Shown here piece by piece: positions 14,591 to 29,615 of a stretch of 64,000 bases of DNA (its first letter is position 1; each line of letters opens with the position of its first letter). The stretch is from Octopus sinensis (taxonomy: Eukaryota). Below the pieces are notes generated by a model. The model ran no database searches. It saw nothing but the letters and a program-made list of their open reading frames with translations, and had not been told where the DNA came from. A program made the translations under genes and the position numbers. Where the stretch lies: assembly GCF_006345805.1 (NCBI RefSeq), contig NC_043006.1, forward strand, positions 100,688,001 through 100,752,000. Reading direction: 5' to 3'.

Positions 14591-15428
14591 CACGTTTTCA
14601 TAAATATTTTTACTCACAATTTCCGTTTATATACATTATGAATATAATACATAGAATTATTTTGATTATTTTTATCGTTTTACCATTTCACTCTAAATAT
14701 TTATAAATATACATCAACAGTACAGAAGTTACCAATCACGCTTGTGTTATAATAGCCATCAGGAATTTATTTCACGGCTTCGTTTCAACGGTTTCACATA
14801 ACAAAACTAATATTGTTTACTTACAGAGGCGCAGTAAGAGCCGTGTGCTCAATCCACACGCATGCGAGTTCGCGGTTCGATGACAATTAGTGGCACTTTA
14901 AAGAAATGTCTTTAATTCAATCACTAAGTTAATATAATTCATTTTATCCCTAGCTTAATTTTATTTTTATTCCTTTCTCCTCGAAACGTAAAAGACTTGT
15001 TTTATTTATATTCCTGAGCGCCATACTAATACAATTGTTTGTTTGTATTCCACCTGCCTTCGTCTTTTGTTTATTTTCATAAAGCTTCCCGTTATATATA
15101 TATATGGCGGTGCCCCAGCATGGCCACAGCTCAAGAGCTGAAACTGGAAAACATAAACATAATATATATATTCACATATATAGCAGATAAAAGGGGATTG
15201 AAAATTCAAGCGGAATCCTCACTAAACTCTTGCACGAATACTAAGCTAGTATATATCGGTATATCTGTAGATTGATTATCTGAAGGAAGAGAACTTTCCC
15301 TGCAAACTGAAATTCCAGATCAAAAAACTTAGTCACAGATCAGGTATGCATTGAGACGATAAACATTAGTAACATAGTATTACACACACACATGCGCGCG
15401 CGCGCATGCATGCATGCATGTATATATA

Positions 15429-15831
15429 CCCTTTACCCTTTTACTTGTTTCAGTCATTTGACTGCGGCCATACTGGAGCACCGCCTTTAGTCGAGCAAAT
15501 CGACCCCGGGACTTATTCTTTGTAAGCCCAGTAGTTATTATATCGGTCTCTTTTGGCGAACCGCTAAGTAACGGGGACATAAACACACCAGCATCGGTTG
15601 TCAAGCAATGCTAGGGGGACAAACACAGACACACAAACACATACACACACATATATATACATATATACGACAGGCTTCTTTCAGTTTCCGTCTACCAAAT
15701 CCACTCACAAGGCATTGGTCGGCCCGGGGCTACAGCAGAAGACACTTGCCCAAGATGCCACGCAGTGGGACTGAACCCGGAACCATGTGGTTGGTTAGCA
15801 AGCTACTTACCACACAGCCACTCCTGCGCCT
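15429..15831 (-). mobile_element. SINE family B
   Basis: Full-length reverse-complement match to the family consensus. Confidence 0.85.
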
Positions 15832-16364
15832 TATATACATATGTATATATACACACTCCTCAATTTTGATTTTTATGCGCAATCATAGAGACTGAAGTTG
15901 CTAACCGTGAGCTATAAAATATTTATTTTCAGTTTAATGAACTTCGACATAGGAAAAGACCCTCAGCAATAAATCATAATGGTTCCTGGAATTTTATTTA
16001 TTTATAAATACCACAGACTGCTTGAAGCTTCCTATCTACCTATACCTAGATACTTGGATCTTATGATTGCGTACAGAGATCTATATACATATACATATTT
16101 TAGATAATAACTTTTCCGAACGCAAAACACCATTAGAACAGCAAAATTATTGGGTAAATTACCCTTACAAAGCGGAAAAAACTGGTCAAAAAATAGACGT
16201 GCGATTTGATCCGGTATCCGTCGAAGATTCTGGTTAGGTGTTTTAACATTAAGCTAAACTGCCCGCTGACACAGTCATCCGCAAATTTAGATTCTATAAA
16301 GCTAAATACACAACCACGTGTACATACATACATATATACATACATATTTACATACATACATATG

Positions 16365-16670
16365 TAACACACTGCCTAAATACCAAGCTTGAGAAATTAG
16401 GCTTCCCAAAACCAGAAAGGAGAAAGCTAATTCGAAGGCTACAGATCCAATCCATCACTGGAACTGTAAATATCTGTAAAACTTTCCAGAAGTTTATCAT
16501 TTAAATATATATGAGCATGGCTTGATATGTAACTCTATGCATGAGAATACATACATAACACATGCAAATCTTCAAATACATTCATACATAAAAACAAACA
16601 AAAATACCCTGTTGTTGATATTGAAATTCCAATGAAGAAACCTTGGATCTAGGTTAAAAACCGGCTCTTT
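16365..16670 (+). mobile_element. 3' fragment of an RLE-type LINE (same family as 5566-5965)
   Basis: Encodes THCLNTKLEKLGFPKPERRKLIRRLQIQSITGTVNICKTFQKFII*; its 3' UTR is homologous to the reverse complement of 5566-5860. Confidence 0.65.
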
Positions 16671-16707
16671 CTCTATTGGCAAGAAATCTTGAAATAAACT
16701 GAATAAT

Positions 16708-17067
16708 AGGCGCAGGAGTGGCTGTGTGGTAAGTACCTTGCTTACAAACCATATGGTTCCGGGTTCAGTTCCAATGCGTGGCACCTTGGGCAAGTGTCTT
16801 CTACTTTAGCCTCGGGCCGACCAATGCCTTGTGAGTGGATTTGGTAGGCGGAAACTGAAAGAAGCCCGTCGTATATATGTATATATATATACATGTGTGT
16901 GTGCTTGTGTTTGTCCCCCCAACATCGCTTGACAACCGATAGAATAAGTTCCGAGAGAATAAGTACTGGGCTTCCAAAGAATAAGTCCTGGGGTCGACTT
17001 GCTCGACTAAAGGCGGTGCTCGAGCATGGCCACAGTCAAATGACTGAAACAAGTAAAAGAGTAGAGT
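16708..17067 (+). mobile_element. SINE family B (small internal deletion)
   Basis: Matches the family consensus. Confidence 0.8.
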
Positions 17068-18888
17068 AATGACATACACAGGGAAATATAGTGCTTAATT
17101 ATTTATTTAAACCATTTTACACTTCTTTCAATAACACGTTTAAAGACATTTTAAATTGAAGGATTGGCCATTTGGAATATTCCTTCAAATGTTCCATCAA
17201 AAGTTCATTTTCTTTTCCTTTTTTTTTCGGAAGTATTAGGTGCTACATTTTAGATTTAGGTCCTGATAGCAGTCTACAAATTTCAAAGAAAGATATAAAG
17301 ATTTCCATCTATGACTGGTTTGAGTTTAACGGCGTATGAAAATATTATATATGAAACAGTCTATCTGATATGCTAATATCGCAGTAAAACCAGGTGATAT
17401 TACTAGGAGTCATAAGTTATCATAGAGAAGCGTAACATAGAGAGCAGAAACATTTTAACGAGAGATATAGATCACCAAGGAGATATCTGACAATGATCAT
17501 ATATGTGCATGTACAAACATATATATATATAATGTGTGTGTGTGTGTGTGTATGTGTGTGTGTGCGTGTGTGTGTATTTATGTATGTATGTATGTATTTA
17601 TGTATGTATGTATGTATGTAACACAGTGTAATTATAAACGACACATTTTCGCCATTTCTTCGCAGACTGAAAAAGTGGTGAACAGCTTTAATTGATTTTC
17701 GAATCTTGCTGGGTTCTCATGAAGAGGCGTCTACATCATTCAGACAGTCTCCAGAGAAACAAGCAACCAAACTGTTTATATAAGCATCGAAATGTGTATT
17801 GTGCGATACAAATAAGATGATATTTTTCGAACGCAGAATTGCCGTTAGAATAGCAGAAAAACAGACAAGAAATCGTGTATAGACATACACATCAACAAAC
17901 ACAAAGAGAAAATATACATACAAATACGTATGTTTGCAGGTATTCACGTATGTGTCTGTGTGTGTATGTGTGTGCGTGTGTGTGTGTGTGTGTATACACA
18001 AAACCCATACAAACCCCCATACACACTGTTCAACTACTCCAAACACAATTACACACTCAGCCACAAACAGCTTCTCCCTCGACACACGCGAGCACCTTCT
18101 CAGCAGCCGCACCATACACCTTGATTGACACATCCACGCACCATTACCCACACACCCACACACAATCTTCAATAGCGTCACCGCGCATGCCACGATACGA
18201 GCACCCCTACACACTGTTCAACTCAGTACACACACCACACACCATCATGCACACTCCCAAACCCACACAAGCACACAATGCCTGAATACAGACAATATAC
18301 ACACACACACACACGCAACACGCAACACGCATGGACACAGGTAACTTTCGCTGACAAACAGACATTCTACCGATGCACACTGTGTGGTCACAGACACACA
18401 TATCCACACGTGTACACACACCACCTGAACAAGCACACATCAACAGCTAAACACAAGTGTTTGTACACGCACGCAAGCGCAAGAACACACACATACGTAC
18501 CAATACATATAATGCATATCACTCCACATAATGTACGCACTGAGTCACATACACACATACACACAAACAGACTCACGTAATTTTCAGCTCACCCACACCT
18601 ATATACTCACAAACACACCTCACATCCATATACATACATACACACCACATACACACTGCCATACACACGCGTGCGCGTGAGTAAATTCGTTCGACCGGGT
18701 CACCGTCATTATCTCCCTTTCACTCAACCTCTTTCTTCCGGCTATTTATCATGTTGAACCATTAATCCCTACAATTTCGTTCTCCCCATGTTTTTTTCAT
18801 TCTCTCTCCTTTTTCTTCCCTCTTAGCCTTTTCTGTAATAGAGCATAGACTTGTTCGTACACCTGTCTTCATGTTTTGTTTCCTGTAC

Positions 18889-18926
<38 letters not shown>

Positions 18927-18927
18927 T

Positions 18928-19040
18928 TTTTATAGAAGGAGCTTCTACAGGACTAGAACTGTTTCATTCAAAAGAAATCATCAGGAGATGATTTCTTTTG
19001 AATGAAACTTTCTAGTCCTGTAGAAGCTCCTTCTATAAAA
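18928..19040. repeat. Fold-back inverted repeat containing a hammerhead core
   Basis: ttttatagaaggagcttctacaggactagaa...tttcattcaaaagaaatcat is mirrored after a short spacer; lies next to (TA)n. Confidence 0.85.
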
Positions 19041-19137
19041 TAAATTAATTTACTCTGCTATGTATTGAGTACCTTATTTACTGTGGTTAACCCCGACTCA
19101 ACCCGGACCTACATATATATATAATATATATATATAT

Positions 19138-19543
19138 AGGCGCAGGAGTGGCTGTGTGGTAAGTAGCTTGCTAACCAACCACATGGTTCCGGGTTCAGTC
19201 CCACTGCGTGGCATCTTGGGCAAGTGTCTTCTGCTATAGCCAGCCCCGGGCCGACCATGCCTTGTGAGTGGATTTGGTAGACGGAACTGAAAGAAGCCTG
19301 TCGTATATATGTATATATATATATATATGTGTGTGTGTCTGTGTTTGTCCCCCTAGCAATTGCTTGACAACCGATGCTGGTGTGTTTACGTCCCCGTAAC
19401 TTAGCGGTTCGGCAAAAGAGACCGATATAATAAGTACTGGGCTTACAAAGAATAAGTCCCGGGGTCGATTTGCTCGACTAAAGGCGGTGCTCCAGCATGG
19501 CCTCAGTCAAATGACTGAAACATGTAAAAGAGTAAAAAGAGTA
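19138..19543 (+). mobile_element. SINE family B
   Basis: Full-length match. Confidence 0.85.
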
Positions 19544-19546
19544 ATA

Positions 19547-19776
19547 TATTTCTTTACTACCCACAAGGGGCTAAACACAGAGGGGAAAAACAAGGACAGA
19601 CATAGGTATTAAGTCGATTACATCGACCCCAGTGCGTAACTGGTACTTAATTTATCGACCCCGAAAGAATGAAAGGCAAGGTCAACCTCGGCGGAATTTG
19701 AACTCAGAACGTAACGGCAGACGAAATACGGTTACGCATTTCGCCCGACGTGCTAACGTTTCTGCCAGCTCGCCGT
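19547..19776 (-). mobile_element. SINE family A
   Basis: Reverse complement of 1894-2124; lies tail-to-tail with the family B copy. Confidence 0.85.
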
Positions 19777-20062
19777 CAATATATATATATATATATATTG
19801 AGGTTATGAGAGGGAATGGTGTCAAGAAGATCCAAAGATGTCATATAATGCTGAGTAAGTGCTATGGATGGATTATAGTTAATCTCCAGATTCGGTGATT
19901 ATGCGAATGAGGAGTTCAACGTAGGTCATATATGAGCATGTGTATATATAAAAAAATTGACAGATTGGGATCAAAATCCATGGCTGCGAAAGATTTCAGA
20001 ATATTTATAAATAGGTGCTACAGCGGTGTAAGAAAACTATTGCTTAACCAGTTTCTCATACT

Positions 20063-20110
20063 GTTTCCGATGAAGGAATATATAAAATATCCTGGAAACA
20101 GCTGTAAGAC
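20063..20110 (+). ncRNA. Degenerate type I hammerhead ribozyme (U4->C, extra G)
   Basis: gttt-CCGATGA-aggaatat(ataaa)atatcct-g-GAAAC-AGCT-GTA-agac, with a palindromic helix III loop. Confidence 0.55.
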
Positions 20111-20310
20111 CTATTTATAAATGTTCTGAAATCTTTCACAGCCTTGGATTTTTATCGCATTCTGTTACTTTATATATATATATATATCGCTTCTGTATCT
20201 GCTTTGCAACATTCTTTTTGTGAATTTATGTGTTGAAGCATATTTTCTTCTGTCTGGGTGGGGGTGGGGGGTCATTCTCTTTTAGTGCTTTATTACTTAA
20301 CACACTCACC

Positions 20311-20465
20311 GGTTCGATTTCCATTCATTTATTTTATCTTTTCCTAAAATGTTCTTTGCATCTTGCAACTTTTTAAATAGTCGTTGAAGTCAACGACTAT
20401 TTAAGAGGTTGCAAAACGCAACGAAAATTTTAGAAAAACATAAGTGAATGAGTGTAAATCGAACC
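20311..20465. repeat. Fold-back inverted repeat
   Basis: Core aaatagtcgttga-ag-tcaacgactattt; looser arms extend to ggttcgattt/aaatcgaacc. Confidence 0.8.
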
Positions 20466-20723
20466 ATAGAGAACGACTATCCCCAGCCACAATAGTATAT
20501 ATATATTAATATATATATATATATATACACACAGAAAACCCCGTGCATATTCATATGTGTGTATACATATATATGCATATATAATCACATACTTATATAC
20601 ATATAGACACACACATACATAAAGTGTTATATATACACGCGCATACGCAGAGTAGATGAAACAGGGGACAACTGATGAAGGGGAATATTCTTTTATGTAC
20701 ATATGCATATATTTCTCTCTATT

Positions 20724-20940
20724 TTACTCTTTTACTCGTTTCAGTCATTTGACTGTGGCCATGCGGGAGCACCGCCTTTAGTCGAGCAAATCGACCTCAG
20801 GACTTATTCTTTGTAAGCCTAGTACTTATTCTATCGGTCTCTTTTGCCGAACCGCTAAGTTGCGACGACGTAAACACACCAGCCTCGGTTTTCAAGCGAT
20901 GTTGGGGGGACAAATATAGATACACAAACATATACACACA

Positions 20941-20978
<38 letters not shown>

Positions 20979-21144
20979 TACGACGGGTTTCTTTCAGTTT
21001 CTGTCTACCAAATTCACTCACAAGGCTTTGGTCGACCCGAGGCTATAGTAGAAGACACTTGCGCAAGGTACCACGCAGTGAGACTGAACCCGGAACCATA
21101 TGGTTGGTAAACAAGCTACTTACCACACAACCACTCCTACACCT
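20724..21144 (-). mobile_element. SINE family B (diverged subfamily)
   Basis: Reverse-complement match to the consensus. Confidence 0.8.
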
Positions 21145-21214
21145 ATTTATATATTATTTATATTATTTTGTTTATTATATATATAAATATATATAAGCCA
21201 GTATAAACCTCCAG

Positions 21215-21245
<31 letters not shown>

Positions 21246-21870
21246 TGTATGTATGTATGTATGTATATGCCTATATGCCCGCCTTGGAGATAGAAAATGT
21301 TTTGTTTTGCTGGTATTGTGTAGCTAATACTATCTACATAATTCCCTTTGTTTTTTATTATATTTTCACGTTCGTCAATATATATTTCATAATAATTCTC
21401 TAGTTACAGATGACCTCTACTTCTTTATATCTATAGAAAGTATATTTTTCCTGTGTAGGAGTCGTCATCACCTTTTTTTTTACTAGTCTAGTCCTTTTGT
21501 TTGTTTTAACTCCATTTGGGATTAGTGCGACATATTACGGCAGATTTTTGTTTTGGCTCAGAGCTTGCAACCACATCAGTATCTATTATATAAGTGTTAT
21601 GCATAAACATATATGTACATATATGCACTCATATATATATGTATATGTATATATGTAGTGAAAGAGAAAGAGAGATACAGAGAATCCGAGAGGGAGGGAG
21701 AATTTGGCAGACTGCCAGCTGTATGCGTGGCTGTGTGGTAAGACAATTGCTTCCCAAACACATAGTTCCAGGCTGAGTTCCAGCTCTTCTACTTTAGACC
21801 TGCGTCGGATAAAAACTCTCGGAGTGCCTTTGGTGGACAGAAATTGGAAGAAGCCCGTATCATATAAGTC

Positions 21871-22443
<573 letters not shown>

Positions 22444-23283
22444 ATATATATGTATATATTGGATATGAGGAGTTTTGCTCAGGATGACTCAAACTAATAG
22501 GTATGCATTCTGAGAGCTCAAATAGGTCTGCCACCAAAATTCCAGTTTGAACAACACCTGAAGCTGTAGCTATGTGATTGACATGTTCAAAACGGCTAAA
22601 GGTGGCTTTCCTTTGAGTCTGTAGGTGTAGGTTAAAACTTTTAGGAAGTAAGATTGAAAAGGAAAATGTACTGAATTATTTATATTCAGAGGTATATTTA
22701 CAAAGTAAAATAGTTACGAAGTCGACGTGTATTGCTTGTTTAGTGAAATGGAATTAATATCATCAGAATCTGTTCATGACCAAACAGATAGCAATGATTT
22801 TAAATCATTCTCCCTTAAGGTATTTTCCTTTTACTTTTCCTACAATTCATCCAGTGCCTTTGTCGTACTTTTTCTCTTCATATGTGTGTGTTTGTGTGTG
22901 TGTGGGGGTGGGTGCATTTATGTGTATTTGCGTTTGTCTCCCTCCCACCTACTAACAACCGGTGCTGGTTTGTTTATATTCCCGTAACTTCGGCAAAATG
23001 TCCCCGTAAGTTCGGCAAAAGTTCCAGGCTTTTAAAATGCATAAGTATTACATGAGAATACTTCGACTGAAACCTTCAAAATGGTGCCGTAGCATGGCCG
23101 CAGTCAAATGACAGAAACAAGTAAAAATTAAAAGATGCACATACTCACACATACACACACACATATAAATATTGTGCTTAATATTACAATACATTTTCAC
23201 TTATGTAATTTCAAATATTAATCAAATATATTTTTACTATTTCCTGTTAGCTTTTCCTTTTTTTTGTATTCTGCTGAGTTCAT

Positions 23284-23507
23284 TACTCTTACTCTTTGCT
23301 CTTTTACTTGTTTCAGTCATTTGACTGTGGCCATGCTGGAGCATAACCTTTAGTCGAGCAAATCGACCCCGGGACTTATTCTTTTTGTAAGCCCAGTACT
23401 TATTCTATCGGTCTCGTTTGCCGAACCGCTAAGTGACGGGAACGTAAACACACCAGCATCGGTTGCCAAGCAATGCTAGAGGGACAAACACAGACACACA
23501 AACATAT

Positions 23508-23585
<78 letters not shown>

Positions 23586-23756
23586 CATATATACGACAGG
23601 CTTCTTTCAGTTTCCGTCTACCAAATCCACTCACAAGGTTTTGGTCGGTTCGAGGCCATAGCAGAAGACACTTGCCCAAGATGCCACGCAGTGGGACTGA
23701 ACCCGGAACCATGTGGTTGGTTAGCAAGCTACTTACCACACAGCCACTCCCGCGCC
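23284..23756 (-). mobile_element. SINE family B
   Basis: Reverse-complement match. Confidence 0.85.
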
Positions 23757-24049
23757 ATTAATTCATAATTGTTTCTATGTCCGTGCTTATTCAAATTTTA
23801 TTAACTGTGATTCTTAAAAACTTGCTGTGTTTGATAATTCTCTTTGTCTCGAAATTTTTGTGACTGGTTATTTTCTAACCCGAAATTCGTATTAATTTTT
23901 CAAATAAATTCGTATATTTCCTGGAGCCGTGTTATCTCTACTGTCTGCCCCGAATCGTACCACTTCAGATCCTACATATCAGAAAGATCGTTGAATATCT
24001 TCTCTTATCATTTGTATCTGAGTAAAGTCTGAACAAATTGCTAAATGTG

Positions 24050-24760
24050 TTAATGTTAGATAGTAAAATCGTACAAGAGAAACTACCCTTTCGGAATATT
24101 CCTCACCCAATACAGATGAAGTTGTTTATTTAACTCCGTTTTTTTGCCTATACCAGTAGAATTGTTTAATGTCTATTCAAAACAACCTTATTTATGACTA
24201 AAGTGTGCCGAATCCTTTTGTAGGCAAAATTATCGGATGCCTTCTCGTAGTCAATAGACACCATGTTTAATTTCACTTTTTATTTACGGTCTTAAACTGT
24301 GGCCTTATTGATCAAATTTGATCTTTATAACTACATTAGCCTTTGCAGCATCCTGTCTATTGCCCTCGGATTGACTCGTTTATTTTCCAAGTAATCGTTT
24401 ATCTTCTGTTAAACAAATATGGTTTTATAAGGCATGATATGGCTCTATCGTTCCGAGGTTTGCAGTTTATTAAGCCATGTGGATTACAATATTTTCCCCC
24501 AGAGTAAAACACTCTGTTGTTGTTTGCTGTTCCGCCTGAAAATATTTTGATATGTGCCTCTTCAAAAACAAGCCTGTGTCTGGCTCATTTCCAAGACTTT
24601 TCTATGTACTTTATCTTTATCTGTAAACACTGGACTACATCTCGTATCTTTTTAGCATCCTAAAATATTTATATCAGTTGCTGGATTTGTTTTAAACATT
24701 CTCTCCCGTAGCAATTCCTTCCCTATTCATTTTTTTCTCCTTCCTTTTAATGTTGTCACT
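24050..24760 (-). pseudogene. Highly decayed R4/Dong-like reverse transcriptase
   Basis: Minus-strand fragments in the expected order: DRAISCLIK (~YRPITCL), YLENKRVNP..CKG.CSYKDQ, LNMVSIDYEKASD (~MAWIDYKKAYD), GIFRKGSFS (~GIFQGDSLS). Confidence 0.6.
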
Positions 24761-25009
24761 ATATTGACTTATGATTTATTATTATCTAATTCTTGATAAA
24801 AATCCTTTTATCTCTATGTCGAACTGGGATTTATTGTAAAAAGAAATGTTGTCGCTTTTCAAATGGATGAAGACTTTACTATTTAAGGAGGACTTCTTTT
24901 TATCAGGCAGTCTTTGATTTCAGATACATCTTTTTTATGTTATATTTCTGCCCTATTTTTTATTATTTTCGTTTTTGCTTTATATATATGTATGTATGCA
25001 TGTATGTAG

Positions 25010-25065
<56 letters not shown>

Positions 25066-25939
25066 TGGGTGTGGTGTGTGTGTGTGTGTGTGTGTGTGTG
25101 TGGTGTGTATGTGTGTATGTATATATATATATATAATATATATATATATATGATGTGTGTGTTGTGTGTGTGTTGTGGTGTGTGTGTGTGGTGTATGTGT
25201 GTATGTATATATAATATATATATATAATATTATACATATATATAAACGCACACACATAAATTATATACAGATAGATAGATACTCACTAACACACATACAT
25301 ACATACATACATACCTACATATATATATGTATACACACACACAATAATACATATATATATATATATTGATTTCATAAAAGATTCAGAAATCTTTAACAAC
25401 ACAGAGATTAAAAAAAGGTCATTTTTCCTCTCTGTATTTTTTTCTTTTTCAATATTGTATGAGCTTTGAGATTCTTGCATACATAGATCAAACCGAGTCC
25501 ATGGTTCTTTTTAACTACTGTCTCATGCATATGTATGCTTGTGTGTATATATATGAGTGTTTCTTTATTCTTATAATATTGATATTTCCATGTTTTTTTC
25601 CAGCCTACGTTGGCCAGGTAGACATGGTACGTTTTTGAATATTTAATTGTGTTTCATCGTTAAGATGAAATCCCACCAACATTAATTTTGTCTTACATAT
25701 TTTTTCGAGATCGATAAAATATGTACCAACGTATAAATGAGGAACAATATAATCAACTTCACTCAGTTCTCATAATGTGTGACTTGATGATTACATTACA
25801 AAAAACTTTTGATTGTTATTATATTATATTGGATATATATTATACATATATATATATATTATATATATATATTACATACATATATATATATATTTATACA
25901 TATATATATTACATATATATATATATATAATATTTATAC

Positions 25940-26011
<72 letters not shown>

Positions 26012-28153
26012 CTGTGAATGTATGTATATGTGGTATGAGTACGTATGTATTAAACTGATTTCATTCTTAAGTCTAATTCAACTTAAGACACTATCGAATT
26101 ATACCAACAGCAAATTTGTAATTATCTATGACTATTTCAGTAATTGTATTTCATTGAAATATTTTATTTGTGTTGAAGTTCTCGTTATAACTTCATGTCT
26201 GCGAGGTTTCGTTTTAATTTTCTACTCGAATGAATTGACATCAATTGATATCAATTCAGATAGGATTTAATATTCTTTTGTTTCTGCTCAGCGCTTCTAC
26301 TAAATAATCAATGTAGATCGGTTCGCTTGTTTATTTATTTAGATTTTTGCATGTATTTTATGCTTGAAATTTAGTTCCCCCATTTTTTTTATTTATTTAT
26401 TTATGTATTTATTTATTTAATTATTTATTTATTTATTTTTGCATTATTGAAACAAGTATGGAATCTCAACGTGGGCGTTCGGCCTACTCGAAACAGTAGC
26501 TACATCTTACATACATGAAATGAGACCCAAACGATGTGACACCCCCACGTCCGAGATGAGGCTACTGGTACGCACACACACACACACTCACACAAACAAA
26601 CACACACACACACACACACAAAACACACACACACACAAACAAACACATACACACACACAAACAAACACACACACACAAACAAACACATACACACACACAA
26701 ACAAACACACACACACACAAACACACACACACTACTCAATAGGTCGACTGGTTTCAACAAAACACGAAACCATTTGACTAATTATCATGAACTCGCTGCT
26801 TACCAATACCCAATAAACACTGGCACAGAGTCGCTCTGTTCTCCCTCCCCCCACCCTGCTTTTTCTACCATAACTACATTAATCTCTACATATAAGAGCA
26901 GTTTTCTCTCAAGTCTTCTCAATCAGCGACTGTCGATTCATTCGTTTCCTCATCTTTTTGACCACCATATTCTATGCATTTTCCCCCGTGCTCCGCACTA
27001 GCCATGCTTCCAGTTCTTTTTCCTAGAACATATTTTTTCTCTCTGAAATACCTTTCTTTTACTTTTCCTGCAACTGTTAAATTGCAACTATTCTATAGAA
27101 ATATTGATTTCAAATGTTGATGCTAGTCCAACAATTTCGAGGGAAGAGATAAGTCGATTACTCAATTGGTATTTATTTTATCGAGCTGGAAAAGATGAAA
27201 GGCAAAGTCGACCTTGGTAGAATTTGAACTCAGAACGTAACGATGGATGACAAACAGCTGAGAATTTTTCCCGGCTTGCTTAAGGATAATTAAGCTCACC
27301 GCTTTAATTCTACAGTAATGTTAATGTATAGATCTTACAGATCTTTGAATGGTATAGAAGGGAGCTACAAAGGCCATAAGAACAATTCATTTCTATTATC
27401 ACAAAACGGTAAGAACATACTAAAAAATATATTATAAGGCATCCTTAAATCAAGGGGATAGTCATTGCTTGGAATACTATTAATATATGTTCTGCTCTGT
27501 GAGGAATAGCATGTGCTAAATAAGGACTACAGTAAAACTATTTGATGAGTCAATAAAGGAAACTCTACGTAGTAATTGACATTCTAGAAATAACAGCCAA
27601 GTGTCTGTCGGAAAGCATCTTATCACCTAAAAAATGGAAAAAGTGGTATAACGCATTCCAGGTTCGCAAAGGGAGGGGAAAGAAAAATATTCCTTCCCAG
27701 TCGGATAGTGTTTGAGTTTCTATTCAGAAACGTGAAACATAAAACAAATTCTGAAAAAAAAAATGAAGATGTGCCTTTCATAACTACGCACATTATGCTT
27801 CTTCTTGAATATAATTATATACAGCATTGTCTAATGCATTCCAAACATGATAGACGTCGTTGAAATAATTGACTTCATGTAATATTGGACGCAGAGGATG
27901 TTTCATGGGACTGAAACATGCTCTGCAAGTGACAAAAAGTCAGACGGCGACGACATCGACGACAACGGTTGCAGAGGCGGTGACTGAGATGATGACGGAG
28001 ACTTCGACTACAAGATAATGAGAGCAGCTCGATGGTGAAGATGATGAAAGTGATACTGATGGTTGAAAGGGGAACAGTATGATAAAGACATTCTTTATGA
28101 TGATAAGGATTCTGAAAAACTCAATACATTTCAATATATATATATATATATAT

Positions 28154-28277
<124 letters not shown>

Positions 28278-28280
28278 GGA

Positions 28281-28323
<43 letters not shown>

Positions 28324-29228
28324 ACATTTATATATACACATATATATATTCATATGTGGGAAATTCTGTCTGTGGTAGTCTTTGTGGAATTGTTAGCTAA
28401 CTCGATTTTGATAAAACTTGGCACATGAGTAGAACTCATGTCTGGAAAACTCATAGCATACTCAGATTGTTGAAAAGATCAATAATAGGGCCCCTGGAAG
28501 GGATCCTTATATACATCTAATATATTTCATTTTAACAGTCAACGGAAATAACCTATTTTCCCGGATTTTAGCAGGTAAGGGAAATAACCCATTCACTTCC
28601 CTAAATCATTTGGTGTAAATAAAATTGTGTATGCTAATTTCTTAGTATTTGAACTGTTAGAGTTATTTTCGTAATTTATCCAGTACAACACTTAAACAAG
28701 TAAATAGTACTTTCCTAAAGAATAGATCCACTTATTTCGGTTAATGGTTTATTCACGAATATACCAGCACTAACGCCGCTGAGGGTAATATTCTCTGCGA
28801 AAGCAGAAAAGCCCTTTTCATAGTTATTGACTTTGAATTGTTATTATCTCATATCTGATTAGCCTGTTATTAGGTAACATGCTTCACGATTTTAGTATAC
28901 ATAACTTATTAGTATTTCCTCCTAAGTTCTATAAACTCTGGGAACGCATTAAAGTCCTTTTCGGAGCTACTTTATTTGAATTCTTCCTATCGGGGTACTA
29001 ATTTCACGTTATTACATAACTGACTTCACAATTTGGGTATTCATAACTTCTTGGGAATTCCTAAAAACAAGATCCAGTTCGGTATTCTCTTTAAATGCAC
29101 TAAAACCGTTTTAAGGGTTACATACTTTGTATTGTTTTTATTGGATTAGCGAAACAATTATGAGAACGGAACAAAGGGATAAGCCACGCTTTCCCAAGAA
29201 TTACCGTGTACGTCAGCTAGTATATACA

Positions 29229-29460
29229 AGGCGGCGAGCTGGCAGAAACGTTAGCACGCCAGGCGACCTGCGTAGCCGTATTTCGCCTGTCGTTACGTTC
29301 CGAGTTCAAATTCCGCCGAGGTCGACTTTGCCTTTCATCCTTTCGGGGTCGATAAATTAAGTACCAGTTACGCACTGGGGTCGATGTAATCGACTTAATC
29401 CCTTTGTCTGTCCTTGTTTGTCCCCTCCGTGTTTAGCCCCTTGTGGGTAGTAAAGAAATA
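29229..29460 (+). mobile_element. SINE family A
   Basis: Full-length match to 1894-2124. Confidence 0.85.
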
Positions 29461-29520
29461 TATATTTATGTATATATATTTGTATATATGTATATGAATT
29501 TCTTTATATATATATATATG

Positions 29521-29570
<50 letters not shown>

Positions 29571-29571
29571 A

Positions 29572-29615
<44 letters not shown>

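Noticed and set aside
25604-25626. Possible micro-exon (ttttttccag|...|gtacgt)
   Set aside because: Splice-like signals only; no partner exons or recognisable peptide.
28345-28824. Possible second Helitron (tctgtctgt..., tctgc-gaaa-gcaga hairpin)
   Set aside because: The terminal CTAG and TC boundaries are not clean.
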